Of a stretch of DNA of 64,000 bases, positions 1 to 13,184 are shown piece by piece. Position 1 is the first letter of the stretch. Every line of letters starts with the position of its first letter. Source of the DNA: Callorhinchus milii (taxonomy: Eukaryota). The stretch covers positions 73,534,001 through 73,598,000 of the forward strand of contig NW_024704742.1 of assembly GCF_018977255.1 (NCBI RefSeq), read 5' to 3'. Below the pieces are notes generated by a model. It was not told the origin of the DNA, made no database searches, and worked only from the letters and a program-made list of their open reading frames with translations. Both the position numbers and the translations under genes were made by a program.

Positions 1-223
1 GCTTCACAGAATAGACTGTAAAGTGAAGTGACCATATGTTTGTGGACGAAACGCGGCAGCCAATTGCGCACAGCAGTGTCTCACAAACAGTCGTGGATTG
101 AGTGACCAATTTATTATTGTTTTGGTTTTGGAGGGATTATTATTAGGCGTGTGGAGTAAGGAAACTTGCCCAAGGTTTCGCCCTGCCTGGAATTGAACCC
201 AGGTGTCTCGCACTTAAAGCAAG
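1..223 (-). mobile_element. Young chimeric SINE, short form (partial)
   Basis: Highly similar to 38444-38763; cut by the window edge. Confidence 0.85.
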
Positions 224-1639
224 TCCACCATTGTCCTGGCAACCAGGACTGTCTCGGTACAAGAATCCTCTGCAACAGGATGCCTGGATGTAGGATTCTC
301 AGGTAAGACAGCTATAGACTTCAGGATATTACTGACCGCAAGACATCTACTTTGAATAAAGTTTGCTAATTCAGGAAGGAACAAATTGTGATGTGTTTGT
401 TTGAAACATCATCTTCATTAAAAAGATCTCAAGCTTAAGCAAGGTTTTGTCAGACTCCAAATGTCCTTTTATTACAGCAGATTTACTGCAACTATTATAA
501 ATGTATTTAGGTTCACTGTAATATACCACTCTATGGTCAAATGTACTAAAATGGCTTCAGACTAATGACTGCTGATAATTTCTTCACTCTTTCACCCACA
601 GTATCTATTTCATTGGATGCACATCTTCGTATTGTTATATGTATCAATACTGTGGACTTCCTTTTATAACTTCCATTGGTATTTATAAAACTGATATTTA
701 TAACACTAAAATCTCCCATTCACGCTTCATTGGAAATATTCTATAGATATATTTGGGTTATGACTCATTTAAGAAACAGCTTAATGCTGTGAAGGGAAGA
801 CAGTAGGGTGGAAGAGTGAGATCAAATGGACTGAAGTGTCTTCTTCATCCTAATCTCACTTGTGCTCTTGTGCTGCTTTCCTACAATGGAATGTAAATAC
901 TGAAAGTGCAGTGTGGCATGAAATCAATCATTCACTCTGCAGTACTGAAGAGGAACCACTGTCCATTGTAACAAGACAAAAAGATTAGGAAGAAAATGTA
1001 GAACTTGCATTTTTGTAACACCTTGTCACATCAGGACATCTCAAAGTACTTCAGAAGTAATTACTGTCAAATACGGAGTGCTTCTTGCTAGCAAAATGCT
1101 GTAGCGATTTTTTTTTTGCAGCGTTTCACACCAACAGTCTCCCACAAATAGCTAGAAGGATTTAAATTGGCGGATTGTTGATCAGGATTCTGGGAGAAAC
1201 TCCCTTCTCTTTTCTAATCATGCCATGACATTTTTAATTATCCACCTCAAAAGACAGACGTGTAATATTGCATTCAAAAGATAGCACTACTGTACCAACA
1301 ATTTAGCACTTCCCCAGTGATGTGCTGGAATAATACGTATTAGGCTGTGAGTTCCAAACATCGGGCTTGAACCCATCGCTTTTCTTATACAGAAGCAAGA
1401 GTGTTCTCAATTGAATCAGATGAACACATGAATGTTATTAAGACAGGATTATTCCTCACTATTTGTTTTTCACCTTTCCATTATGTATGTTTAGAATAGC
1501 TTTGAGTAAAAAAAAGCATAGAAAGCTAAATAAACTTTGTGGTGATTCACCAAGGCTACAACTATTTGCAGTTATATAACACCTTTCAAGTAGGATGAAC
1601 AATTCAAGGCATTTCACGGCAATGATGGGAATCACTGAG

Positions 1640-2240
1640 TATTGAGAAAAAGAGGCAGAGTTTGAGGAGGTTGACAAAAGGCACAGTCAAATATATGTGT
1701 TTGAGAGGGTTCTGAAGGCAGGAAAATACACAAGACAAAGAGATTTTAGGTGAGAATTCCAGAGAGAAGACATAGAGGATGAAGGCTCAACTACTGATGG
1801 TGGGATGAAAGGAGTGAAGATTGAGTAGGAGGAGGGTATGAGCAGGAGACTAGATTGCAGATATATTGAAGGGTAAAACTGTGAAGAGAATTGAAGGTGG
1901 TAATGAGGGTCTTGAAACTGATCTAATTGACCTGGTTTCTGGGATCCAGTGGAGGCTGGTGAGAATAGGTGTGTGGAGTTATGTGTGGGAGAGAATATGG
2001 ACTGCAGAGTTTTGTAAGAGCTGAAGATTGGCAGTACGGAGGCTGGTAAGGTATCTGTAAATGATGAAAGCATGGATGATGATCTCAGCTGAGTTGGGGT
2101 GAGATAGGGACATCAGAGGAGATGTTCTAAAGGTGGAGGAAGGTTTCTTTTACCATGGAGCACCTTGGTTTTGAAACAGAAATGGGTCAATCAAAATACC
2201 AGTAGTGCACATTGCCTCAGTGAGATGGAACTAATGGAAT
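1640..2240 (-). mobile_element. Degraded L2 fragment
   Basis: Reverse strand resembles the L2 ORF2 3' region (purine-rich on + strand; LHW-like motif at about 1945). Confidence 0.6.
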
Positions 2241-3599
2241 TAGAGCCAGATGGAAGAAGGCACTGGCAAGAGCAAAGCTATACATTAATTTTAATAATTT
2301 TATAAAATAACTTTGGGGATTACTATTTAGCTTCTTCCTATTATAATGGCCACATCCCCTACTGATATCCAACTCCGTCCCTATAACGCACTCTGAGATA
2401 TTACCCTGTGTGAAGGGTGCTATCTCAGTACAAGTTGTTGTACTTCTACAGAGTTAGCGATAGAAATAGAAAGAATCGGATGAAATGCCAGAAAGATCCT
2501 CAGAATAATTTTTACGAAGGATTTCAAAGCAATTGAAATTATCCACTCTCATGTTTTGATCAACATGTCCACTCTGCTTTACCCGAGTGTCAGTATTTTA
2601 ATCACAGCTAATCGTTTTGCACCAAAGCTGAGCTGTACTTCCACAAGTATAGTTTAGCACTGACATCAATGCCATAAAATTAGACCCTGTGTGCACACGT
2701 TTAGTGAATTACTAACTGAAAAGTCCATCAGCTGCCCTGCCTTTCTCAGGTACTTGATTATTCAGGTATTTAGTGACAGTAATAAATTGCATAAGATGTT
2801 CTGTCTTCTTTGCACCATTTTCCCCATATGCAGTAACCCGTTGTCCAATAGATATCAGCTGCACACTGCTGCTGAAGGAATATAGATTAGCACTGCTTGC
2901 TGTGAGACAGCGTACCCAACATATTAATTTTAATGCAGTATCAGTTCATGTAAGTACAGAAGAGAACTAGAGCTATTAGCTATAGAGAACAACATGCAAA
3001 TAATAAATGTACTGTTTCTCCAAAGGATTTGTACATTAGGTCAAGTGCTCTGTGTATAATTATTTTAAATTGAACAGGTAGATATTTATTTTGCGACACA
3101 TTTTATAAATGCTACTGTGAACCATACGACTCACAGCTGCTCCTCAATGTTCTTCATTTAATGCTTGACAAACTTTTTAAAACACTGCAACAGCATCCCT
3201 GGGGCTTGATATAAACAACCTTTGAGCAGGCACATTTGAGTTGAGACCTGATAAGGAAAACAAGTAAGTCACCAGCGGTCATGCCTTCTATCAACTAACC
3301 TCAAAGTACATTCAGGGGTGTCCATTCTCCCCTCTCCCTCTTCCCACTCTCCAACTGCAAGGACACTGACATATTTGATGTAAATGTCATTTTGTTTCAT
3401 TACAATGATGATCTACAATTGCAATTTTTGTTGTGGCTTCATTTGTGGGTATGTTTGAGAATCAGGTCCCTGGACTCAATGAGATGTTCTTCAATCGTTG
3501 TTCTGCTGACTCTAGCCTGCCCTGGAGTACAGGCTTTCACAGTCTGAGCAGAACTGAGGTTGGGGAGAATAACTGTCAAACAGAGGAGGTCCTTTCTTG

Positions 3600-3947
3600 T
3601 AATAATAATAATAATCCTTGCATTTGATATAGCGCTTTTCACGTCGGGAGGACGTCCCAAAGCGCTTCACAGAACACACTGTAAAGTGAATTGACTGTAT
3701 ATTTGTGGGCGAACGCGGCAGCCAATTGCGCACAGCAATGTCCCACAAACAGTCGTAGATTGAAAATGACCAATTTAATTATTGTTTTTCGTTTTTTGGA
3801 TTATCGCCTAATTATTGGTTTTTCGCCTAATTATTATTAGGTGTGTGGAGTAAGTAAACTTGCCCAAGGTTTCGCCCTGCCTGGAATTGAACTCAGGTCT
3901 CTCACTTGCAAAGCGAGTGCTCTAACCACTGAGCTACAGGACTCCAC
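3600..3947 (-). mobile_element. Young chimeric SINE, short form
   Basis: tRNA-like head, Deu segment, L2-type tail, (ATT)n; small internal duplication at about 3800-3835. Confidence 0.9.
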
Positions 3948-6900
3948 AGTACACTACTACTGACATGGAGAGTCATTGGGGTCAATCATTCAGAGATGTG
4001 GTAGCACTCTTGCCTCTGTGTCAGAAGTTTGTTGGTTCAAAATGACGCATCAGGACTTGAACTTACATAGTCTAATCTGATGCTCCAGTGCAGCATTGTG
4101 GATACTCACCTGGTCTAAACTCTATTTCCCCATCAGACCGGTCCTCGCCAGGCTCCACTGGCTCCCTGTCACAGAACTAATTAACTTCAACATCCTCACA
4201 CTCATCTACAAAATCCTTCAGGTCCTGGCACCTCTCTACCTCTACAAACTGCTTACTACCGTCTCTACCACCTGCCACCTCCATTCGACAGGCTCTGGCC
4301 TCCTGCTTGTCCCTCGTCCCCTTCACTCAATGTTGTTATTTTGTACAAATTTTAAGAACCTCTGGGTAAAATAATGTGCACTTTAATCCATCAATTTCTC
4401 TTGCCGTGACTCAGCTGGAAATGGTTTTAAACAGTTGAATTTATTTAGGGGACCTTTGAGTACCTCAGCTCGGAAGTCCTGTCTGCTTTCATAAATATTT
4501 TAAAGTGTGGAACTTGTAACTGCTGTTTGTTCACTAAAGGATGGGGTTAGTGTTAAGTTTCGTCCCTGTAGACATTTGCTGATATGCTGCACTCGGCTTA
4601 AATATGATCCCTTTGCTGGTCTCTTTTTTATATTTTTGCAGTTTCAGAATTGAATGAGGATCCACTTAACCTGAATCCAGACATTATTTATTTTTGTTTG
4701 TACTGAAACTAAAATATATCTGACAATAATAGTCATCTCCCTCCTGTGTTGTTATTGTTAATAATAATAATCCTTGCATTTGACATAGAGTTTTCACATC
4801 ACGAGGAGGTCTCAAAGTCATTCATAGGATATATTGTAGTGTCGTGATTGTATGTTTTGCAGGTGAACATGATAGGAATGGCAGTGTTATCGTCTCAGCA
4901 ACAGTCGGTACAAAGCATCTTCTGCCACTGCATTTTCACGTATATTCCTTTATTCCTTAACCAGTGTAGCTGATATTGTATACCATTTGAATTGGGCCTA
5001 AGAGAGTAGCCTCCCTCTTCAATTCAACGTTTGAACCACAAATGTTAATTTGAATGTTGGGAACATATTCTGGCCAAATGTCCTGTCAGTGATCTAGGAT
5101 TTAAACCGTCTGACCAAAAGGAAGAAATAAGCTATACTCAGTGCTCACACAGAGCTTTCTATTCTTTAAAATATTATTGGTGTGACACACAATATTTTGC
5201 TTGCTTTTTTTTTGAGGGGTGGGGGCTTAGCTGGGTGACTGACAAACGCATGAGTAATGGAGACTGCAAATAGGCTATCCAGGTATTAAGGGACAAGAGA
5301 GCAACAAATAAATAAAAAAAAGTGAAAGGGTAAATTAATAAAAGTAAATAAGAAAAGGTTACATCAGTTATACCAAAAAAACAACCTGTCCTGAGCTCCA
5401 TGGAGACTGAAGCAACAGATTCACCATCAGGCTTTGCATACCCTGTCATATGTATCAAGCATTGCATTCACTTGATGAACATTTTAAAACTATGCTCAAC
5501 ACATTAAAGATATGTTATTGACTGCCAGATACGCAAAACCAGTATAATCCTCAATTATCCACCTTTTTTCTGCTGTAACTTCAAGATCAGTATCACTTGT
5601 CAAATCCCCACTTAGTAGCTCTTTTGCCTCTGGATCAGAGAGTTGATGCCCAGATAGGGACTTAAGCTCATTGTCTGGGCTGAAACTCCAAGTGCAGTAC
5701 TGGGAGCATTGCACCAAAATGCAAGGATTATTATTATTATCAGAGGTGCCCTGTAATCTTTTGGAAGAGATGTTGAACCGAAGTGCTGCCTGCCTTCAGT
5801 TAGACGTTATCCACTGATAATCCTTAAAAAGAGAAAGGAGTTTCTCCAAACAATCCTCTAGATTTAATAGATCATTCATTTTCTATTGGTTTCCGTAAGA
5901 CAAGTCATTTTCCAGTAGCTCTTCATTTGACTCAAAGATTGAGATCTCTGTTTCAGTTACAACTCAAAGTGGTGGCAGAGGCCATTGAGCTCAGGAGGTT
6001 GCAGTTTCCTCAGTTGCTGATCTTAAAAAGCGATACTTGATCTTATCTGCATTCTGCTCCCTAAAACCTACTATCATGATGGTTCTGCCAGAGATTAGCA
6101 AAGCAGTGCTGATTCATGCTCTGAGCTCAGAATGTTTGTGTCCTTGTGAATTATTGTAGCACAGATACCTGTAGATTATTAATTGCAATGTATGAAGGAA
6201 GGAGATAAACTATAGAAAAGATCAAAAGCACAGCATATTAGATGAACAGCACATTAAATCCAGGACCTTACAATTGCTGCATTCCTGATATCAGCCCCAT
6301 GAAATCCCATTATAAAAGACATGAGGAAAAAGTTGTCATGTGATAATTCTCTTACACCAGTTGCTAGCAATCTCACTTCTGGATCAGAAAATTATGGGTT
6401 TAAGATCTCCGATGACTTTGGCCTAATCGTCTAGGCTGAGACTCCAGTAAAGTACTGGGGGGAGTGCTGCATTGTTAGAGGTTTCATCTTGTAGATGAAT
6501 CGTAGATCAAGCTCCCAATGATTCTCTGGATTTATTTGCTCATTTACCTGATGGCTGTGGGTGAAACATGGTTGGTATCAAAATGGCTGCACAAATAGAA
6601 TCACAAACATGACAGTAATTATGTTGATATGTTTTGTGATAAGGCACTTTAAAAATAACCACATTAAATGGTTATTCTTTCTCTTTCTTTAAAATTGTGC
6701 AAAACCAAAATAGATTTGAAGCTGATTAACCTGAAGTGGTTATTGTGAACGATCATTCTAATTTGCATAGTTTTCCTGTGAGACATTGATCATCTTTCTC
6801 TAGCAGCTCTTCCTATGACTCAAAGATTGAGTTCTCTGTTCCAGTTGCAATCAAAAGTGCTGGCAGACCCACATCACTAACTGAGAAGAGAAGTCAACAA

Positions 6901-8299
6901 TGCCCCCAAATAAAATTGATCATTCACTTTATGGTTGTTTGTGGACGTTATTGTGCACAGATTGGTTGCTGCATTCACTCACAAATATGTAGTTGCTGAA
7001 TTTGACAGGAATTACCTTTGAAACACTTTGAAATGCTTTGACATGATACCAGATGTAAGCATGGATGCACACTCAACCTGTCAGAGCCTGTGCAGAACCT
7101 CGGTGTAGTGTTCAACTCTCAACTGTCCTTTAAAACCTGCATTAATGTTCTGCTCAGCTTCTCCCCAACTCTGTAAAATTGACCACCTCCACGACTACCT
7201 CTCCTTTTGGGTTACTGAGCCCCTAATCTATATTGCTTTTATCATATCCAGGCTAAATTATATGCCAACTGTTTGCCAGCCGACCTGCTTCTTCCCTTCA
7301 CAAACTTTAGACAATTGACTCAAATAAAGGACAAGAGGAAGGAAATAAATTATAAAAAGAGTTATTATTTACCTGGATTTATCTTTCTTCCAATGGTTCA
7401 GATGTATGTTTTTTTCCTCCTCCTTTCATGAACTTCCAGATAATATTCAAGCCGTCAGTGTTTTCCACATCAATTATCTAACTGAGAAGTCTGAGTCTTT
7501 CAAGGTTCCTGTTTAACCTATTTGACTTTGTGTGTGTGAGTGTGTGTGCGAGGGGGTTGAAAAGTTCAGTACAAGCTTCAGCTTTAAACAGGAATATGTT
7601 GTACTTTCCCATTTTCATGTAATATCACAAGGTCTCCATCAGCGCTTAACATTTCAAGCTTGAATGGGCACTGAAGCAAACATTCATTTTGGTGCTGAAA
7701 CTGTGTTTGACTTTTGTTTAATGTCACCATAGTTTTGCAAATTCAGCACCTTTTGTCTCACTCAATGATTTACGATGTCATTCTCTCTTGTGATTAAATT
7801 CTTTTAAATGCCTTGAACTTTACAGCTTATTTACTCATTACTAAGATTGTATTAGTAGTAAAATAATAATCCTTGCAATTGGTATAGCACCCTTTGGATC
7901 AGGAGAACATCCCAAAACTCTTTACAGGAGTCATGGTGAGATGGACTGACTGTGTATTTGTAGGGAAAGTAGCAGCTCAATTGTGCATAGCAATATCCCA
8001 CAAATAGCCGTGAAACGAATGACCATGTTTTATTATAATGCAGGCTTGAGGTCCATAAAATCAGACACCACTTTATAACAGGTCAACAAAAAAAATGGCC
8101 ATCATTCCCACTTCTGGGTCATCAGGATCTCGTTGATGTCACATTCAACTGGTGTGCTTTCCACATGTATATATGCCACTCTGTGATGTTTCTAGTTGTA
8201 GAAATGCTCATGAGAATGATCATGGCTGACTGGCCAGCTTCCTGCCTGCAGAGCTAACCAGTGCATGCCAGATACCAGATACCTCATTCCAGTCACCAT

Positions 8300-10708
8300 A
8301 ATAAATAATAATCCTTGCATTAAATATAGCCCCTCTTCAAGTTGTTGGGACGTCTCAAAGCGCTTCACAGAATATACTGTAAAGTGAATTGACTGTGCAT
8401 TTTGTGGCTGCGCTTACTCTTCTCCATAGGACCCTCTCCACCACACTCAACGCCCTTGCCTCCCTCACTTCCCAAACTGCCTCCTAGTCCCGATCCTCAC
8501 CATGGTTCACCAGCCACCTCTGCTCGATGAAGGGCAAGGTGCGAGCTGCCGAACGCACCTGGCTCAAATCTGGCCTAACGGTCCACCGCCACAAATGCCT
8601 GGACCTCATCAAAACCTATCACTCCGCTCTCGCCTCGGCCAAATCATCCTTCTATTCAAGGTTAATCCTGGAGGTGAAGGGCAACCCCAGGCTCTTGTTT
8701 TCCATCACCACTCCTCCACCATCCCTCGCAGATTCTTTCCTCTGACTCTCACTGCGAGAAAATGCTGGACTTCCTTGAGTCCAAAATTGAGGGAATCCGC
8801 TCAGCTGCCACTGCCCTCCCAACTTCCACCCCCTCCCTACCCACCCCCCACACTCCGACCATTACCCATCCCTCCTTCAACACCTTTGAACCTGTCACCC
8901 CCTCCTCTGTCTTCACCACCGTATCCTCCATAAAGCCCACCACCTGCTCCCTGGACCCCATTCCCACCCCTCTCCTTAAATCCCAGCTCCACCTCCTTGC
9001 CCCACTACTCGCCGACATCATCAACCTCTCCCTGTCATCCGGCACTGTTCCTTCCCCCCTCAAAACAGCCACTATCAACCCCACCTTGAAGAAACCTTCC
9101 CTTGACCCATCACAGCTATCCAGCTTCCAGCTCATCTCAAATCTCCCTTTCCTATCCAACGTCTTTGAGAGAGCCGTTCCCTCCCAGCTTCGCTCTGACC
9201 TCTCCTCTCCCTCCCTCCATGAGCCCCTCCAATCGGGTTTCTGTGCTGCCCACAGCGCAGAAACTGCTCTGGTCAAGGTCACAAACAACATCCTGACCAT
9301 GTGTGACCAGGGTTCCCTCTGCCTCCTCGTCCTCCTTGACCTCCCCGCCGCCTTTGCCACTGTGGATCATTCAATCCTCCTCCATCGCCTCTCCTCCCAC
9401 CTCAACCTCTAAGGTTCTGTCCTTGACTGGTTCAGGTTCTACCTTTCACACCGACTCCACTTCGTCGCGGCAAATGGCTTCTCCTCCAGCCCCTGCACCG
9501 TCTCATGCATGGTTCCTCAGGGCTCTGTCCTCGGTCCCCTCCTCTTCACCCTGACCGACTGTCTGTCCGACATTAAATCCTGGACGAGGGACAATGTTCT
9601 CCAACTCAATGTCAGCAAGACCGAGGCTCTCCTGATTGGCTCGCGCCAGCGCCTCCGCACCTCGGGCGCTGGCAGCATCAGCCTCCACGGTTGCACACTC
9701 AACCTCACTAAGCCAGTCAGGAACTTGGGTGTCTTGTTTGACCCTGAACTGTCCTTTCTCACCCACATCCGCGCCATGACCGGCACTGCCTACCACCACC
9801 TCCGCAACATTGCCAGACTCTGCCACTGCCTCACCCCTCAGGCTGCCGAAACCCTCATCCTGCATTCGTCACCTCAAGGCTTGATTACGGGAACGCCCTC
9901 CTTATCGGCCTTCCCAACTCTTCCCTTCACAAGCTGCAGATCATCCAAAACTCTGCAGCTCGTGTACTCTCGTGCACCAGGCTCCGTGACCCCATCACTC
10001 CCACCCTCGCCCAACTCCACTGGCTCTCCATCCCCCAGAGGATCGTGTTCAAGATCCTTGTCCTCACCTTTAAGGCCATCCATGGCCTTGCCCCCTACTA
10101 CCTCTCTGACCTGCTGACTCCCTACCAACCTGCCCACGGCCTCCGTTCACTGGGCTCCGGCCCACTCCATGTCTCCCTCCCGACCCGCCCTACCATTGGT
10201 GGCCGGGCTTTCAGCCTCTCTGCCCCCACACTCTGGAACTCCATCCCATGGTCCCTTCACCTCGCGTCCTCCCTCGCCTCCTTCAAGGCTGGTCTCAAGA
10301 CCCTTCTCTTCGATCGTGCCTTTGGTCAACCTCCCACCTCTCTGCCTTCCCTCACCCCTATACCATCCCTCCCCCATGCTCAGGCCCCGACACCTGACTG
10401 TTCAACGCTTTGGGACGTCCTCCCAACGTGAAAGGCGCTCTATAAATGTAACTTTGTTGTTGTTGGTGTTATTGAAACAAGGCAGCCAACTGCAAATAGC
10501 ACCATTCCACAAACAGAACACTTTTTTGGGGGAGAGTTTATTACCCCTGGAAAACGATCCACCAATCGACAAAAAAAGATTCTTGCTGCTAGGCAAACAG
10601 AGATATGTGGAGTAAGGAAACTTGCCTAAGATTTTGCCCTGCTCTGGAATCAAACTCAGCTCCTGTCACTTGCGAAGAGAGCGAGCTAATCACTGCTCTA
10701 CAGGACTC
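8300..10708 (-). mobile_element. Chimeric SINE, long form, split in two (8300-8408 and 10472-10708) by the L2 insertion
   Basis: ...ttttgtggc | gaaacaaggcagccaac... rejoins to the SINE consensus. Confidence 0.8.
8410..10470 (+). mobile_element. L2-clade LINE, 5'-truncated, disrupted ORF2 (reverse transcriptase)
   Basis: Motifs [56 protein letters not shown]. Stop at 9410-9412, frameshifts, and loss of the YADD block at about 9550. 3' tail gctttgggacgtcctcccaacgtgaaaggcgctctataaatg followed by (TTG)n. Confidence 0.92.
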
Positions 10709-11077
10709 AAATTCTATCCACTATGAAGTACCCCAAGGCAGTATCCTAAAAATGTAAATTGTTGTTGTTATCACCAAATTTTGCCTCTGTTTGCAATTGT
10801 TTCTTAACCCTGATCTAAAGAGCAACAACAACAAAATTACATTTATATAGCCTTTTTCACACAGGAAAGATATTCAAAGATAAGTTAAGAGCTGGGGGTT
10901 TGAATCAAGAGGGATCAAAAAGTTAAAAATACAAAAATTAAAAAAATTAAAAATATTAAATTATTAAACTGACCTCGTCAATATCCTGCCCCAGTGAAAT
11001 TGCAAAATCAAACTGTTGGACAGTGGTGGCCTACTCATGGACCACAGGCCAGAAGTGGCCCCCCCAAACATTATCCG

Positions 11078-11113
11078 TGTTCTGATGAAGGGTCATGACT
11101 CGAAACGTTGACT
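11078..11113 (+). ncRNA. Minimal type I hammerhead ribozyme motif (Penelope-associated)
   Basis: CTGATGA (11082-11088), stem II GGGT-catg-ACTC (11090-11101), GAAA (11102-11105), then CGTT with a palindromic ACGT stem III. Short stem I gtt/gac. Confidence 0.6.
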
Positions 11114-11210
11114 CACTTTCCTCTCTCCGTAGATGCTGCCTGACCTGCTGAGTGTTCCCAGCGACTTCTGTTTTTGTTTCAGATTTCCAGCATCTGCAGT
11201 AATTTGCTTT
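11078..11210 (+). mobile_element. Short Penelope-like element (pseudo-LTR derived) carrying a hammerhead
   Basis: Homologous to 35685-35828 and 18445-18540. Internal inverted repeat agatgctg (11131-11138) / cagcatct (11188-11195). Confidence 0.7.
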
Positions 11211-11529
11211 CTGAGAAATTATATGTTGATTCATCTAAAATTTAAATATGTGCTGGTAATAATCTGTTCTTGTCTATGAAACAAACAGAAAGCTTTGAGA
11301 CCGGGAAAGTAGTCACAATTTCCACTCTGCTGGATCCCTGTGGTCCATCGCACAGAACAAGATGTAGATGTCTTCCAGCGTCAACCAATTCAAATCATTA
11401 CATTCAGGCAGATAGGTCTTAAGATAATACTAATCTAACATAACACATAAACATGTGAAACACGTGATGCTGAGAAAATGAGCTCTGCACTTATATAACT
11501 AAAAGCAGTGCGGTGTACAGTACAGCAGT

Positions 11530-11857
11530 ATGTGTGTCAGCACTCTCACCTCTGAGTCAAAAGGATGTGTGGAATTGGGGTCATATAGTCTAAGCTGACA
11601 TTTCAGGACAGTGCTGGGGATGTATTGCATTGTCAGAGGTGCCATCCTTTGGAAGAGACATTAAAGGTCACTTCTGCCTGTTCAAGTGGACGTTAAAGAT
11701 TCCACGACACTATTTGAAAAGAGAAGGGAGTTTCTCCTGGTGTCCTGACCAATAATCCCCCAAATAAAATTAGTCACTGTTTGTGGGACACTGCTGTGCC
11801 CACAAAATACACAGTCAAGATAAGGTGTTATTATCAAATACAAGGATTATTATTATT
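11530..11857 (+). mobile_element. Older Deu-domain SINE
   Basis: Homologous to 40238-40650. Further decayed copies at about 1000-1420(-), 5625-5880, 6355-6650, 18725-19000(-), 30271-30530, 46735-47180(-), 50850-51210(-), 51505-51750(-), 60570-60790(-) and 63655-63780. Confidence 0.75.
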
Positions 11858-12994
11858 TCAGGGACCTACATGTTAGCTTCCGGAAGAGGATGTACTCTGA
11901 ATGAAACATAACTGCTGGGAGAAACTGTGTGACTAACACTGTATTCAGAAATATATTTTTGAATACCATAGGCCGTCAACATTTTTAAGTAGGACAAATT
12001 GTATTACCAAGAAGCCTGTCTCTCACGTAATTAAATGCCTTCCGAGCAGGCTTTTACACAGTTATTTTTGACTGCAAAAGTCCTAACTGAGAATAATGGC
12101 TTGCAATGGGCGCATGTGTCAGCTTCTCTCAATATTAATGTGGGACAACCTGCAAGATCAACTTCCAAAGGCTCGGTGATCGACTGGCCAATTGAGGTCA
12201 ACTGGTTGGAGACCCATGGTTTAGCGAGTGAACCGTAAAGGCTATAAAATTGGTCGCTCATTTCATGGCTGTTTGTGGGACATTGCTGTGCACAATTGTG
12301 CTGCCGCGTTTGACTACAAATACACAGTCACTCCATTTCACAATAAATCCTGTGAAAGGTTTTGAGATGCGCCTCCGACATGATAAGGCTCTATACTAAA
12401 TACAAAAAATATTATTCCCTTCCCTTACTGTACAGCAGACAGACTTCAAACACTACAGCACCCAGATGTCACTATTGCCACCAGATTTTACTATGGGCCA
12501 TTACTTTTTGAATCCAGGTCCATGCTGAGTTTGATGGATTGGGAGAGTAAATTGGCACCAACTTGCCCAGAGTTAAGGAAGGAAAAATCAGACAGGGTTC
12601 AGGATTTATATCTACACTGTACATCAGCAACCTCCGACATTGTCACCCAACATCTCATTTTTGTGCATGAAATTCTGAAACATGCTCAGGACGGCTGAAT
12701 TGATTGCATTCACCTTGAAGCTGCAAAAATCCTAAAACAAATCCTTAGGCATAGTACACGTGTGCGCTGAGTGTAAATCAAATCATTTGGAAGGATGAAT
12801 GTCCTTCCTTTGAACTTACTGTGCCCAACAAAGCATGCAAGGATTTTTATGTCTTAGTCCTTTCTCTAATCTGAAATGAGGAAGGATGGAGTTTAACCAT
12901 CTTTTGCTTTTTAGTTCACTTGTTTACTTTTACATTTATTTTACAATTGGCCTTCTTTTCTTAACATTGACTTTAATTTGACTTTTTTCTGCTT

Positions 12995-13066
12995 CTCTAG
13001 CCTGCCTGCATACTCTAGCCTATCTGTGTACTCTAACCTATCTGTGTACTCTAGCGTGTCTGTGTT
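12995..13066. repeat. 18 bp tandem repeat, about 4 units (ctctagcctatctgtgta)
   Basis: Read directly from the sequence. Confidence 0.85.
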
Positions 13067-13184
13067 TATTTCTTCCAATGAATTTTCATATTGAAAAAGA
13101 GCTCTAAAAATCTTTGCTTAGCTCTTTTCTTCCTCTTAATTCCCACTGTCTATTTTGTAGCATGGAGCAAGTTCTCAAAACAAT

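Noticed and set aside
7742..7750. REST/RE1 half site TTCAGCACC
   Set aside because: The right half (GGACAG) is absent. I found no full RE1 site in the window.
8749..9360. 203 aa minus-strand ORF and similar antisense ORFs
   Set aside because: Antisense frames of C-rich L2 sequence with no independent support.
12995..13066. Short regular repeats as a CRISPR-like array
   Set aside because: No spacers, eukaryotic context; it is a simple minisatellite.
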